64,000 bases of DNA from an uncultured Chthonomonadaceae bacterium. Lineage in GTDB: Bacteria > Armatimonadota > Chthonomonadetes > Chthonomonadales > Chthonomonadaceae. The stretch lies in NCBI GenBank assembly GCA_963835065.1, contig CAWIEK010000001.1, positions 32,001 to 96,000 on the forward strand, in the 5' to 3' direction. Below are positions 40,771 through 50,247 of this stretch, piece after piece (within the stretch, counting starts at the first letter, position 1; each line of letters starts with the position of its first letter). A program made the position numbers and the translations under genes. Below the pieces are notes generated by a model. It made no database searches, was not told the origin of the DNA, and saw only the letters and a list, made by a program, of their open reading frames with translations.

Positions 40771-40794
40771 GGGCACAACATGTTGTGCCCCTAC
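40771..40794 (-). repeat. GTAG-type REP palindrome downstream of hsdR
   Basis: gggcacaacatgttgtgccc perfect palindrome followed by ctac. Confidence 0.75.
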
Positions 40795-40819
40795 GTTTGG
40801 GAAATTAAAATTACAGCCC

Positions 40820-43800
40820 CTAAGAGGACCAATGATCCGAGAGGGCTTCGGCCTGCTTGAGGACGAGATTAATGGCTTCTTCTTCTCCCGTTGGGCGGGT
40901 ATTTCCATTTCTTGAGCGTGCGCCGGACGAGAATACGCAGACGAGCGCGAACGCTCTCCTGCTTCTGCCAGTCTACCGTTGTGCTGGCGCGAAGTTTCTC
41001 CGTGATTTCTACGGCTATTTTTTTCAATGTGTCATCGCCCAATTCGCGAACTGCGCCTTCGTTGTCGGCAAGCGCGTCGTAAAAAGCCACTTCGTCAGGC
41101 GTCAGGCCAAGCGCGTCTTCCCGGTGCAGCGTGGCCTGATATTCTTTCGCCATCTGAATCAGTTCTTCGATAACCTGCGCTGTTTCAATAGCTCGGTTGT
41201 GGTAGCGGCGCAGGGCTTCAGCCAGTTTTTCGGAGAACTTCGTTTCCTGTACAACGTTGGCGCGGGTTCGGGATTGAATGGCGTCGCGCAGCAGGCGTTC
41301 CAAGAGCGCCAAGGCAAGGTTTTTCTTCGGCATCGCGCGCACGTCTTCAAGAAATTTATCCGACAGCAGCCCGATGTTGGGCTTTTCCAGTCCCGCAAGC
41401 GCGAATATGTCTTCTACACCCTGGGCAAGAACGGCATTATCTAAAATGCGCTTTAACAGCGTATGTTTTTCGGCTTCGGCGCGTTTTTTATCTATCGTCG
41501 TGTACTTCAGGATTGCCGCGCGAACGGCCTCCATGAAAGCGATTTCCGTGCGGAATTCCAGCGCGGCATCCAGCGTTCCGCAAAGCGCTTCGGCTTTGGT
41601 CAGCGCGGTCATCGCGTCCAGAAAACGCTCTTTCTTGCCGGGAACTGACAGGATGTGATCGGCGGCAGGCACGAGCAGGGCAATGGCATCGGTTTCAAAG
41701 TCGCTGTAATCGAAGCCGTGAAACAGGCCGCGCACCGTATCTAATTTGCCCACCATGACGGTAAACGCCTGCGAGGTATCCACAGCGGGCTGCCCCTTGC
41801 CGTTTGCTTCCACATAGTTTTTGAGGGCGGCGCGCAGGTCGGGCGCAATGCCGATGTAATCCACTACGAGGCCACCGGGCTTGTCCCCGAATACGCGATT
41901 TACGCGGGCAATGGCCTGCATCAGATTGTGTCCGTGCATGGGTTTGTCAACGTACATCGTGTGGCAGCAGGGCGCGTCGAAACCGGTCAGCCACATGTCG
42001 CGCACGATTACCAGTTGCAGCGGATCGTTGGGGTCTTTGAACCGGCGCTCCAATCGTTTTTTCGTCAGCGCACTGTACAGATGCGGATGCAGCAGGGGTT
42101 TATCTGCCGCCGAACCCGTCATAACCACTTTGATTGCGCCCTTTTCCGGGTCGGGATCGTGCCAATGGGGACGCAGGGCAATGATTTCCTGATACAGCAG
42201 GGCGCATATATCGCGGCTCATGGCGACAATCATGCCTTTGCCGGGAAAGAGGGAGGTTCGGTTCTCGAAGTGGGTGACAAGATCGGCGGCGACTTCCTCA
42301 AGCCGGGGTTTCGCGCCGACCAGAGCCGCAAGCTGCGACCACACACTCTTGGTTTTCTCCCGCGTCAGCAGGTCTTCCTCGTCCTCAACCACTTCCTCAA
42401 CCTGCGCGCTCAGGGTTTCGATTTGCTGACGGTTGATGTCCAGTTTGGCAAGGCGGCTTTCGTAATAGATTTGAACCGTCGCGCCATCCTGAACGGCGTC
42501 CTGAATATCGTAGATGCTGATGTAATCGCCGAAAACGGCGCGGGTGTCTTTGTCTTCGCGGGACAGGGGCGTTCCGGTAAAGCCGATGAAGGTGGCGTTG
42601 GGCAGGGCGTCGCGCAGGTGTTTGGCGTAGCCGTACACGTACTGCCCGGTTTTGGTATCCAGGCGGGCTTTTGTTCCGTACTGGCTGCGGTGCGCCTCGT
42701 CGGAAATGACCACAATGTTGTCGCGCAGGGAAAGCGGAGGATGTTGCGCCTCGGCATCAAGGAGGGCAAACTTCTGTATCGTGGTGAAAACAATGCCGCC
42801 GGACTCGCGCTCGGACAGTTTTGTACGCAGGTCGTCGCGGCTTTCGGCCTGTTCGGGCGTCTGGCGCAGCAGGTCGCGGGCGGCAAGGAACGTGCCGAAA
42901 AGCTGACTGTCCAGATCGTTACGGTCGGTGACGACAACAAACGTCGGGTTCCGCATTTCCGACTGCTGCTGCAGTTTGCCGGAGTAACAGACCATTGTGA
43001 CGCTTTTGCCCGATCCCTGCGTGTGCCAGACAACGCCCGCTTTTTTCGATCCCGGCTCTACTTTGTCGCCATAGGTGGCCCGTTCTTCGAGCAGGGCGTG
43101 TTCCCGTTCCGCGCTGCTGCGGGACGCGATGAGGGTGACACGCACGGCTTCACGGACGGCATGAAACTGATGATACCCGGCGATTTTCTTTACCAGCCGG
43201 TCGCCATCCGGCTCGAAAAGGACGAAATAGCGGATGTAATCGAGGAACCGTTCCGGGTCGAACAGGCCGCGTATCAGGGTTTCCAGTTCGTATTCCACAA
43301 GCGGCTGGTCGTCCTCATTGCGGATGGAACGCCAGGGCAGAAACCGTTCCCGGTCAGCGGTAAGCGAGCCGAACCGGGCGGTCAGGCCGTCGCTGATAAC
43401 CAGAACTTCATTCGTGGTCATCAGGTCGCTGATTTCGGCTTTATAGGTTTGCAGTTGGTTGTAAGCGTCCCAAATGTCGGCGTTGGTATCTGCGGGGTTC
43501 TTGAGTTCCAGCACGGCAAGGGGCAGGCCGTTGACGAAGGCAACCATGTCGGGGCGGCGGTTCTGATAAGGGCCGGAAACGGTGAACTGATTGACAACCA
43601 GAAAGTCGTTGCGGGTGGGATTGCTGAAATCTATCAGGTAGGCAACATCGGCTTCCTTGCGCCCGCCGCGCTCCACTTCGACGGGTACGCCGTCCAGCAA
43701 TAGGCGATGAAACGGGCGGTTGCGCCCGACAAGAAGGGGATCGCTGAGGGCATGAACGGCATGAACGGCCTGCTCCAGCGCGGCGGGAGACAGATGGGGA

Positions 43801-43970
43801 TTGAGACGGGCGAGGGCAGCCGGAAAGCGCCGGTTCAGCACAACCTCTTTCCAGTCGGCGCGTTCGGGCGTATCGCTGTCGGGCGCAATCGTCGCGCCAT
43901 GCACATAGCCCCAACCCGCTTCCTGAAACCAGCCAATCGCCAGTTTTTCCAATTGCGCTTCGGTAATCAT
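40820..43970 (-). CDS. hsdR: Type I restriction endonuclease subunit R (frameshift near 40890)
   Basis: RPD..NGLPL..ELK nuclease, HTQGSGKS, DEAHRSQY, GFTGTP, MWLTGFD, QAIARVNR; tail EEEAINLVLKQAEALSDHWSS* in shifted frame. Confidence 0.95.
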
Positions 43971-44012
43971 CTCGCCTCCTCCTTCATTTCTAATTCACTC
44001 CCGGCGGGCGGC

Positions 44013-45303
44013 TTATTCAGGAAACGCGCCGGAAAGAAGTTTGGGGAGAAGCGTATCTCGAATGGCGGCTAAGGTGAGGGATTCTTTTTCAGCAAGCGTG
44101 ATGCGGTCATACATAGGCGCGACCATTTTCTCGTAGGCAGACAGAACAGTCTTGCCGGGCAGGATTACGGGAAGCGGTCGGAAACTGGACTTGCTGATTT
44201 CCAGAAACGTAGAGCCATTCGCATGGGCTTTGATTGTTTCCAGATTTACTTTTGCCCAATTAAGAAGAAATACTGAGGGTACGCCTTTGGTTGGCTTCAT
44301 GGCGATAAACCCTTGATTGATGGCTACGGGAATTTCGGTTATGGCAATATAGCCAATCGGTGCGCGTGAAGACATGAGAAGCGTACCTTTCGGCAACAGC
44401 CCCGAACTAATTGTATTCAATCCTTCCTGAGTAATCCGCCGTTCTGTGGCAAGGAGAACAGGCAAAGTTAGTTTGGACATATCTTTTGGCGTTACCCAGG
44501 CAATGTCACCGTTCCAAAACTTATCTTCCGCTGTGCTGGGAGTGCCGCCGCCAACAATGTCTGCACATTCCCCAATAGGCTTCACTTGCCATTGCTGAGG
44601 AACTTCACCAATCTTGGATGCAACAAGGCTATCAGGAAACAAGGATGCCATATCAGCAAGAGAGGCAAAGGCTTCGGCAGGCAATGCGTCAAGTTCCGCG
44701 TCCGTCTTGCCACTAATCGCCGTCATTGCGGCGCGTTCGGGGCTGTGTCCTTCCGCCAGAGCCTTCATCTTTGCCTTCACCGGATCGAAGTTCACGAACC
44801 ACGATTGGAAGATGGTTCGCGCTATTTCCTCTAACGTCGCGCAGATTTGACGATTGAGTTCTATTTTGTCGTCCAATGCTCCAAGAAATCTGAAATAGCT
44901 CTTTGTTGCTCTAATGTTCGAGGCCACATTACCGGCAGGGGGTGAACATGATTACGATTGAGAGTAGGATTCGAGGTTCCAACATCAAGGGTTGTCAGCA
45001 CCGGAGCGAAATACAAGAAAAAGTAGTAAACGAAGCGTGGGTCATTCCCTTTGAAGTCTTTGACCCATAAGGTTGTATCATGGGGCCAATAGGGGCTGTT
45101 GATGTAATAAACTGTTCCTACAGTCCCTTTACGGCCAAGAATAACGCCAGGCCCTTCAGACAAAGCACGATTATGATAACTGGACACGCCTCCAGACTGA
45201 CTACCGGAATCGCGCCTGCTATTTGCTGAGTTTTGGTAATATCCGCGCCGCGCTGTAGTGTCAGCTGATCGCCAATAGTTGTTTCATACCACTCAACTTG
45301 CAA
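44013..45303 (-). CDS. hsdS: Type I R-M specificity subunit (frameshifts near 45190 and 44880)
   Basis: Three ORF pieces join: LQRG.DI, GRKGTVG, EQQRAI..LGALDDKIELN, GGTPST, SRAPIG, NQGF, RDTLLPKLLSG. Confidence 0.9.
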
Positions 45304-45339
45304 TATCTACCTCCATTTACACAGCCGGACATATTCTTG

Positions 45340-45471
45340 CCAGGGGTTGAAAACCCCTGTCTATGTGGCGTTCCGCCAAGCGTCCTACGGACGCAGAACA
45401 CTGTACATAAAGAATTCCGTCCGTAGGACGCTTGGCCGCAGGCCATACAGACAGTGGTTTTCAACCCCTGG
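45340..45471. repeat. Nested palindromic MITE/REPIN-like element between hsdM and hsdS
   Basis: 23-bp outer arms 45340-45362 / 45449-45471 (one mismatch); perfect 18-bp inner arms 45376-45393 / 45418-45435. Confidence 0.85.
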
Positions 45472-47140
45472 TTAAAGGTATCGTGTAGTGAAATGCCATT
45501 AAACTTTTCGTCACTTGTGCTTCTAACTTAGTGTTCTCCTCAAACTGCTTGTAAAGTAGCTTCGTCAACCGCGCCATCTTCTCCGCAAACAGTTCCCCAT
45601 CCTCTGCAACATCTGCTCTTTCGACATAACGCCCAGGAGTAAGAATGTACTCACTATGGCGTATCTTCTCTAATGTTACTGCTTCACAAAAGCCAGGTAC
45701 GTCCACGTAACATTCACCGCTCTGCCACCTGTAAAATGCCCCGGCTATGTTGTGAATATCTTCCTGTCTGAAGTCGCGCAGAACGCGGTCTTTCAGGTAG
45801 CCTTTTTGCCGGGCGTCTATGAACAGGAACTCGCCCTTGCGGTTGCGCTTTGCGCTGTTGCTTGTGCCGCGCTCCTGCTTGTTTTTGGTGAGAATCCAGA
45901 TGCAGGCGGGAATCTGCGTGTTGGTGAACAGTTGACCGGGCAGGGCGACGATGCACTCCACCAGATCGGCCTCAATGAGATTTTTGCGGATTTCGCCCTC
46001 GTTGTTGGTGTTGGAACTCATGGAGCCGTTTGCCAGCAGGAGGGCCATGCTGCCGGTCGGCGCAAGATGGTACAGCATGTGCTGCATCCACGCGAAGTTG
46101 GCGTTGTTGGCGGGCGGGGTTCCGTGCTGCCAGCGCGGATCGTTTTCTTCGCGGCCCCACTCCTTCATGTTGAAGGGCGGGTTCGCCATCACGTAATCGG
46201 CGCGGAGGTCGGGATGCTGGTCGTTGCGGAACGAGTCGGCGGGGCCGTCGCCAAAGTCGAATTCAATGCCCCGTATCGCCATGTTCATCGCGGCCAGCCG
46301 CCACGTTGTCGGGTTGCTTTCCTGCCCGTACACGCTGATGGCTCCGATTCTGCCGCCCACTTCCTCAACAAACTCCTCGCTTTGCACGAAGAAGCCGCCG
46401 GAACCCATCGCCGGGTCGTACACGCGCCCCTGAAACGGGCGCAGCATTTGCACGATGAGGGTGACAATGCTTTTGGGCGTGTAATACTGCCCGCCCTTTT
46501 TGCCCTCGGCCTGCGCGAACTCGCCCAGGAAATACTCGTAAACGTGGCCTAAAATGTCCTTGCTTTTCAGGCTCAGGGGCTGTCCATTGTACTCCCGCGC
46601 GCTGAAGTTGGTGCTGCTGAACAGATCAATCAGGCCGGTCAGCGTGGTTTCCGGCACTTCGTATCGGGTGAAAGCGTCGGCAGCCAGCACCTTTTTCAGT
46701 TTGGCGTTGTCGTTGCCAAGCGCGGCCAGGGCGTCATCAAGCAGAAAGCGGACGCCGCGCATTTTCTTGTTCCAGGGCAGGATTTCGCCATTGGCAAGTT
46801 TGGCGTTGTCGCGCAGGTTGTTCCAGCGCGCCTCGAGGGGAACCCAAAAAACGTTCACTTCACGGTAGTAATCGCGGTTTTCCAGTTCCGTTTCGATGTC
46901 GTCTTCCAGCGTCAGGCCGTAGTCCGCCGCGTCCATGTAATACTCATCGCCGGGATCGCGGAACTTGCGCGCCAACTCCTGCCGCCGATCCTCGAAAGCG
47001 TCACTGGTGTATTTCAGGAAGATCAGCCCCAGCACGACATGCTTGTAGACCGCCGCATCCAGGGAGGAGCGCAGGCGATCCGCCGCGTTCCACATCTTCT
47101 TGTCAAGATCGTTGAGGAACTGCTGTTCCGTAGTGTTCAT
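45461..47140 (-). CDS. hsdM: Type I R-M N6-adenine methyltransferase subunit
   Basis: W.AAD.LR, LGLIFLKY, GQYYTP, YDPAMGSGG, ANPPFN, LTPGRYV. Confidence 0.96.
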   Translation of the reverse strand: MNTTEQQFLNDLDKKMWNAADRLRSSLDAAVYKHVVLGLIFLKYTSDAFEDRRQELARKFRDPGDEYYMDAADYGLTLEDDIETELENRDYYREVNVFWVPLEARWNNLRDNAKLANGEILPWNKKMRGVRFLLDDALAALGNDNAKLKKVLAADAFTRYEVPETTLTGLIDLFSSTNFSAREYNGQPLSLKSKDILGHVYEYFLGEFAQAEGKKGGQYYTPKSIVTLIVQMLRPFQGRVYDPAMGSGGFFVQSEEFVEEVGGRIGAISVYGQESNPTTWRLAAMNMAIRGIEFDFGDGPADSFRNDQHPDLRADYVMANPPFNMKEWGREENDPRWQHGTPPANNANFAWMQHMLYHLAPTGSMALLLANGSMSSNTNNEGEIRKNLIEADLVECIVALPGQLFTNTQIPACIWILTKNKQERGTSNSAKRNRKGEFLFIDARQKGYLKDRVLRDFRQEDIHNIAGAFYRWQSGECYVDVPGFCEAVTLEKIRHSEYILTPGRYVERADVAEDGELFAEKMARLTKLLYKQFEENTKLEAQVTKSLMAFHYTIPLTRG

Positions 47141-47235
47141 ACTGTCCTCTGGCTATGGGGTTCCCATAAACAATTACTTGCCGCGTCCGCAGGCAACCGG
47201 AACCATAATTCGCCATCCAGCCGAAAATACCTGCT
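46694..47235. repeat. Direct repeat copy 1 (hsdM 5' end plus upstream region)
   Basis: Near-identical to 52042-52583. Confidence 0.92.
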
Positions 47236-47370
47236 AATCCTCGCAGGCGAGCGTTCAGAAAGAAACATAACTTGCAGGAAGCTGTTGACTGGATGGTCGG
47301 AATGTGTCAAGGATTTTGAGACAAAAAAGTGAAAGTATTATTATGTAGCGAGCAGTCACTTTCTGCAACG

Positions 47371-48405
47371 TTACACCGCGCAAACAGCCGCTGCCGTTGC
47401 TTCTACACAAAGAGCAGGCGCATTGATCCAGACGACAGCGGGCAACTTTCCTGCCTGCGGACGCGCCTTGAAGCGTTCGGGATGGGCGGCATAGGCTTTA
47501 TCTAAAGTGATCTGCCGTTGCGCCAACAACTGGGGCGCGTCCCCGAAATGCACCTGTTCGGGCGTGAGCAGCACCAAGGCGGTATGGTGATGCTGGGTGT
47601 TATACCAGACAAAGTAGTCCTGGCAGAAGGTCTGCGCGTCTTCCTGTGTGCCGAAGCGCTCCGGGAAGTGGGCGCTGTACTTCATCGTTTTGAACCCGGC
47701 TTCCGAGTACGGGTTGTCGTTGCTCACCCGCGGGCGGCTGTGCGAACGGTTCACCTGCAACTCCAATAAGAGTTGCTCGACCGGCTTGCTTTTCATCGGT
47801 CCGCCTCGATCCGCATGGATGGTGAGTTGGTTGGGCGCAATGTGGTATTTACGACAGGTTTCTTGCAGCAGCTTGTGTGCCAGGAGGGCGCACTCGCGTT
47901 CGGCCAGCATCCAGCCAACGACATAGCGGCTGTAAATGTTGATCACCACATATAAGTAGTAGAAGCGTCCCCGGATGGGCGTCTTCAAGTAGGTGATGTC
48001 CCACGTCCATACCTGGTTCGGACCCATTGCCTTGAGTTCGGGCTTGCTGTACGCCGGATGTCTGCGCACCTTGCGCCGCTCACACACGGCCTGATGTTCG
48101 TGCAACAGGCGGTACATGGTGCGGTACGAAGCGTGATACACGCCTTCTTGCAGCAGTTGCGCATACACCTGGCGCGGCGAAGCATCCACAAAGCGCTCCG
48201 AGAGCAGCAGGTTGAGCAAAAGGGCGCGTTCCTCTTCCGAAAGGCGACGAGGAGAACCCCGTTGTGCTTTGGAGAGAAGAACGGGTTCGGGCGCTGTCTT
48301 CGTGCGGGCACGTCGCTCCCGATAGAAGCGGGCGCGGCTGTAGCCGACGGCAGCACAGGCGCGTCCCAGGCCGGTCGTTGCGCCCGCTTCGGCAATGAGG
48401 CTTAT
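47371..48405 (-). CDS. IS3 transposase OrfB (DDE integrase core)
   Basis: PNQVWTWDIT, HADRG, SRPRVSNDNPYSEA.FKTMK; frame open back through the orfA stop. Confidence 0.92.
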   Translation of the reverse strand: MSLIAEAGATTGLGRACAAVGYSRARFYRERRARTKTAPEPVLLSKAQRGSPRRLSEEERALLLNLLLSERFVDASPRQVYAQLLQEGVYHASYRTMYRLLHEHQAVCERRKVRRHPAYSKPELKAMGPNQVWTWDITYLKTPIRGRFYYLYVVINIYSRYVVGWMLAERECALLAHKLLQETCRKYHIAPNQLTIHADRGGPMKSKPVEQLLLELQVNRSHSRPRVSNDNPYSEAGFKTMKYSAHFPERFGTQEDAQTFCQDYFVWYNTQHHHTALVLLTPEQVHFGDAPQLLAQRQITLDKAYAAHPERFKARPQAGKLPAVVWINAPALCVEATAAAVCAV

Positions 48406-48839
48406 TCGCTCGGGGTCTCGGCCAGCGAGAGGTCGAGCAAGGCCGCCACTTTTTTTTGGAGTTCCAGCAGCACGCGCAACTTCTGGTTCTCGGTTTCGAG
48501 CGCGGCCAGGCGACGGGCATCGCGTTGGCGGGCGGCTTCTTTGTCTTTGCGCTGCTGCGCCTGAGCCGGGTTCGTTTCCCCCAGTTTGCCCGCCGTGCGC
48601 AGTTTGCGGAAGTTGGCGAGTGTGGAGGAGTACAGCCCTTCGCGGCGAAGTAACGCGCCCAACTCTCCCGGCTGGGTGCAGGCATCCGCTTCTTTCAGGA
48701 TACGCGCCTTGTAGGCAGTCGTGAAGCGGCGGCGCGAAGCGCGCTCAGGAACCTGCGGATCGGGACGCAAGGCGGTGGACGGCGCATGTCCGTTGTTGGC
48801 GAACTTGGTTGCCGGGTTGTCTGTCAATGGCGTATTCAT
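48402..48839 (-). CDS. IS3 transposase OrfA (HTH)
   Basis: RRRFTTAYKARIL.EADAC..G..GALLRREGLYSS, leucine-zipper tail LELQKKV. Confidence 0.9.
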   Translation of the reverse strand: MNTPLTDNPATKFANNGHAPSTALRPDPQVPERASRRRFTTAYKARILKEADACTQPGELGALLRREGLYSSTLANFRKLRTAGKLGETNPAQAQQRKDKEAARQRDARRLAALETENQKLRVLLELQKKVAALLDLSLAETPSE

Positions 48840-49107
48840 CTGAGAAATCCTCTTCTCCGCCCTGGCGATCTACACTATTTCGTGTACGGGATTCTGTCTC
48901 ACACCATTATGGCACATAGGGGGTGAAAGATGTGGCGAGAAGATGGAAAGCCTGCCGCCGTTCGCAGACAGATTGCCCCGTAATACTTCACAGGAGATAA
49001 AACAGGCCATAGCAAACGGTATGCGCACGGTTCGTACCTATGTGCAAATAGAGGCTTCTGAAACAAAACCAGTGTACAAAGCGTCACATAATAGCACAGG
49101 AGCAAAT

Positions 49108-49998
49108 ATGGACAGGATTGAGCGCGCTTGGTTTGATTTGAAATTTGAGGTAAGTTACCTGCGAAGTCGGGGCGATGCTTTTCAGGAACTCTTCGCTAAC
49201 ATCATGGGACGCTGCCATCCCAACGACTTTATAAAAGTACGCCCCTGGGGCAACGTTGGCGACCGCAAAAACGACGGTTATCTGCGCTCGGAACGGCTGT
49301 TGTTTCAGTGCTATGCCCCTAATGAAATGACGGCAGACAAAGCCCTCAGCAAAATCAACGAAGATTTCATGGAGTGTTTGCCACACTGGCAGCAGCATTT
49401 TGATGAATGGATATTTGTGCATAACGCCGATAACGGATTAGGGCCGCAGGTGACGGCCCTCTTGCTGGAATTGAAACAACTATATGCCCCGCTTCGCGTT
49501 GGTCATTGGGGACTGGTGGAAATACAGAACCGTTTTCGCCGCCTCCGTTTGGAAGACTGTGTTGCCTTATATGGTCTTGCACCCACGCAGGAAGCAGTTA
49601 CACAGGTGCGCGCCGCCGATATAGCCGGATTGTTAACAGCAATTACTATTATGCCCGAAGTCTCGACCGGCGCGATCCATCCGGTTCCTGTTGACAAACT
49701 GGACATCAATGGTCTATCCTCCAATGCAGCCATTTTGCTGGACGCCGGACGTCGCAAATCAACGGTCGTGAATCTCTTCTTTTCGCGCTATCCTGATCCC
49801 CGCTTTGGAGATCAGGTCGCGGAAGCGTTCAAGCAACGTTATCGCGAAGTACGCGAACAGCAGTTTCTGCCTGATGCCATTTTTGATGAGATGCTCATGT
49901 TTGCCGGGTTCGGTCAGCCCACCCATCGGGCAGCAGCGCTGGCGCTAGTCGCGCATTTGTTCGATACCTGCGACATTTTTGAAGGAACTCGGGGCTGA
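49108..49998 (+). CDS. lmuA: Lamassu/ABC-3C effector LmuA, restriction-endonuclease-like domain + CTD
   Basis: FQELF..IM, G..GDRKNDG, FQCYAP nuclease pattern; C-terminal DKLDINGL..LFDTCDIFE; CAGGAG RBS before ATG 49108. Confidence 0.8.
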   Translation: MDRIERAWFDLKFEVSYLRSRGDAFQELFANIMGRCHPNDFIKVRPWGNVGDRKNDGYLRSERLLFQCYAPNEMTADKALSKINEDFMECLPHWQQHFDEWIFVHNADNGLGPQVTALLLELKQLYAPLRVGHWGLVEIQNRFRRLRLEDCVALYGLAPTQEAVTQVRAADIAGLLTAITIMPEVSTGAIHPVPVDKLDINGLSSNAAILLDAGRRKSTVVNLFFSRYPDPRFGDQVAEAFKQRYREVREQQFLPDAIFDEMLMFAGFGQPTHRAAALALVAHLFDTCDIFEGTRG

Positions 49999-50001
49999 CG
50001 C

Positions 50002-50247
50002 ATGATCTTGCCAACCAAACGTATTACACAACATCAGGCGCTTTTAACCATTGGCGGCGACGTTCTCGCGCTCCTGAACACGCCCCGTACTGTTTCTTAT
50101 GTGTGGCGCTCCATCAAGGAACGCCGCAGCGCATTATCCGAAACCGAAACACTTACCTACGACTGGTTTATTCTGGCTCTGGATTTGCTTAATATTCTGG
50201 GACTGGTTGAATTTCGCAATGGCCGCTTGCGAAAGGTACGCTCATGA
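50002..50247 (+). CDS. lmuC: ABC-3C middle component (LmuC)
   Basis: MILPTK.I...ALL.IG..TVS..W..YDWFILALDLL..LG; between effector and ATPase, ATGA overlap with lmuB. Confidence 0.8.
   Translation: MILPTKRITQHQALLTIGGDVLALLNTPRTVSYVWRSIKERRSALSETETLTYDWFILALDLLNILGLVEFRNGRLRKVRS

Larger units (their letters stand above)
47298..48922 (-). mobile_element. IS3-family insertion sequence
   Basis: orfA/orfB; imperfect terminal IRs tgtgtcaaggattttgagaca (47303-47323) and tgtctcacaccattatggcaca (48895-48916); A8G slippery site. Confidence 0.88.

Noticed and set aside
41928..43703. Long antisense ORFs (e.g. 591 aa here; also 6044-7423, 58720-59970, 53788-55002)
   Set aside because: Shadow frames of high-GC genes with clear motifs on the opposite strand.
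44860..45200. Phase variation of hsdS by frameshifting
   Set aside because: No simple-sequence tract at either site; same pattern as the other probable sequencing indels; no invertase or second hsdS.
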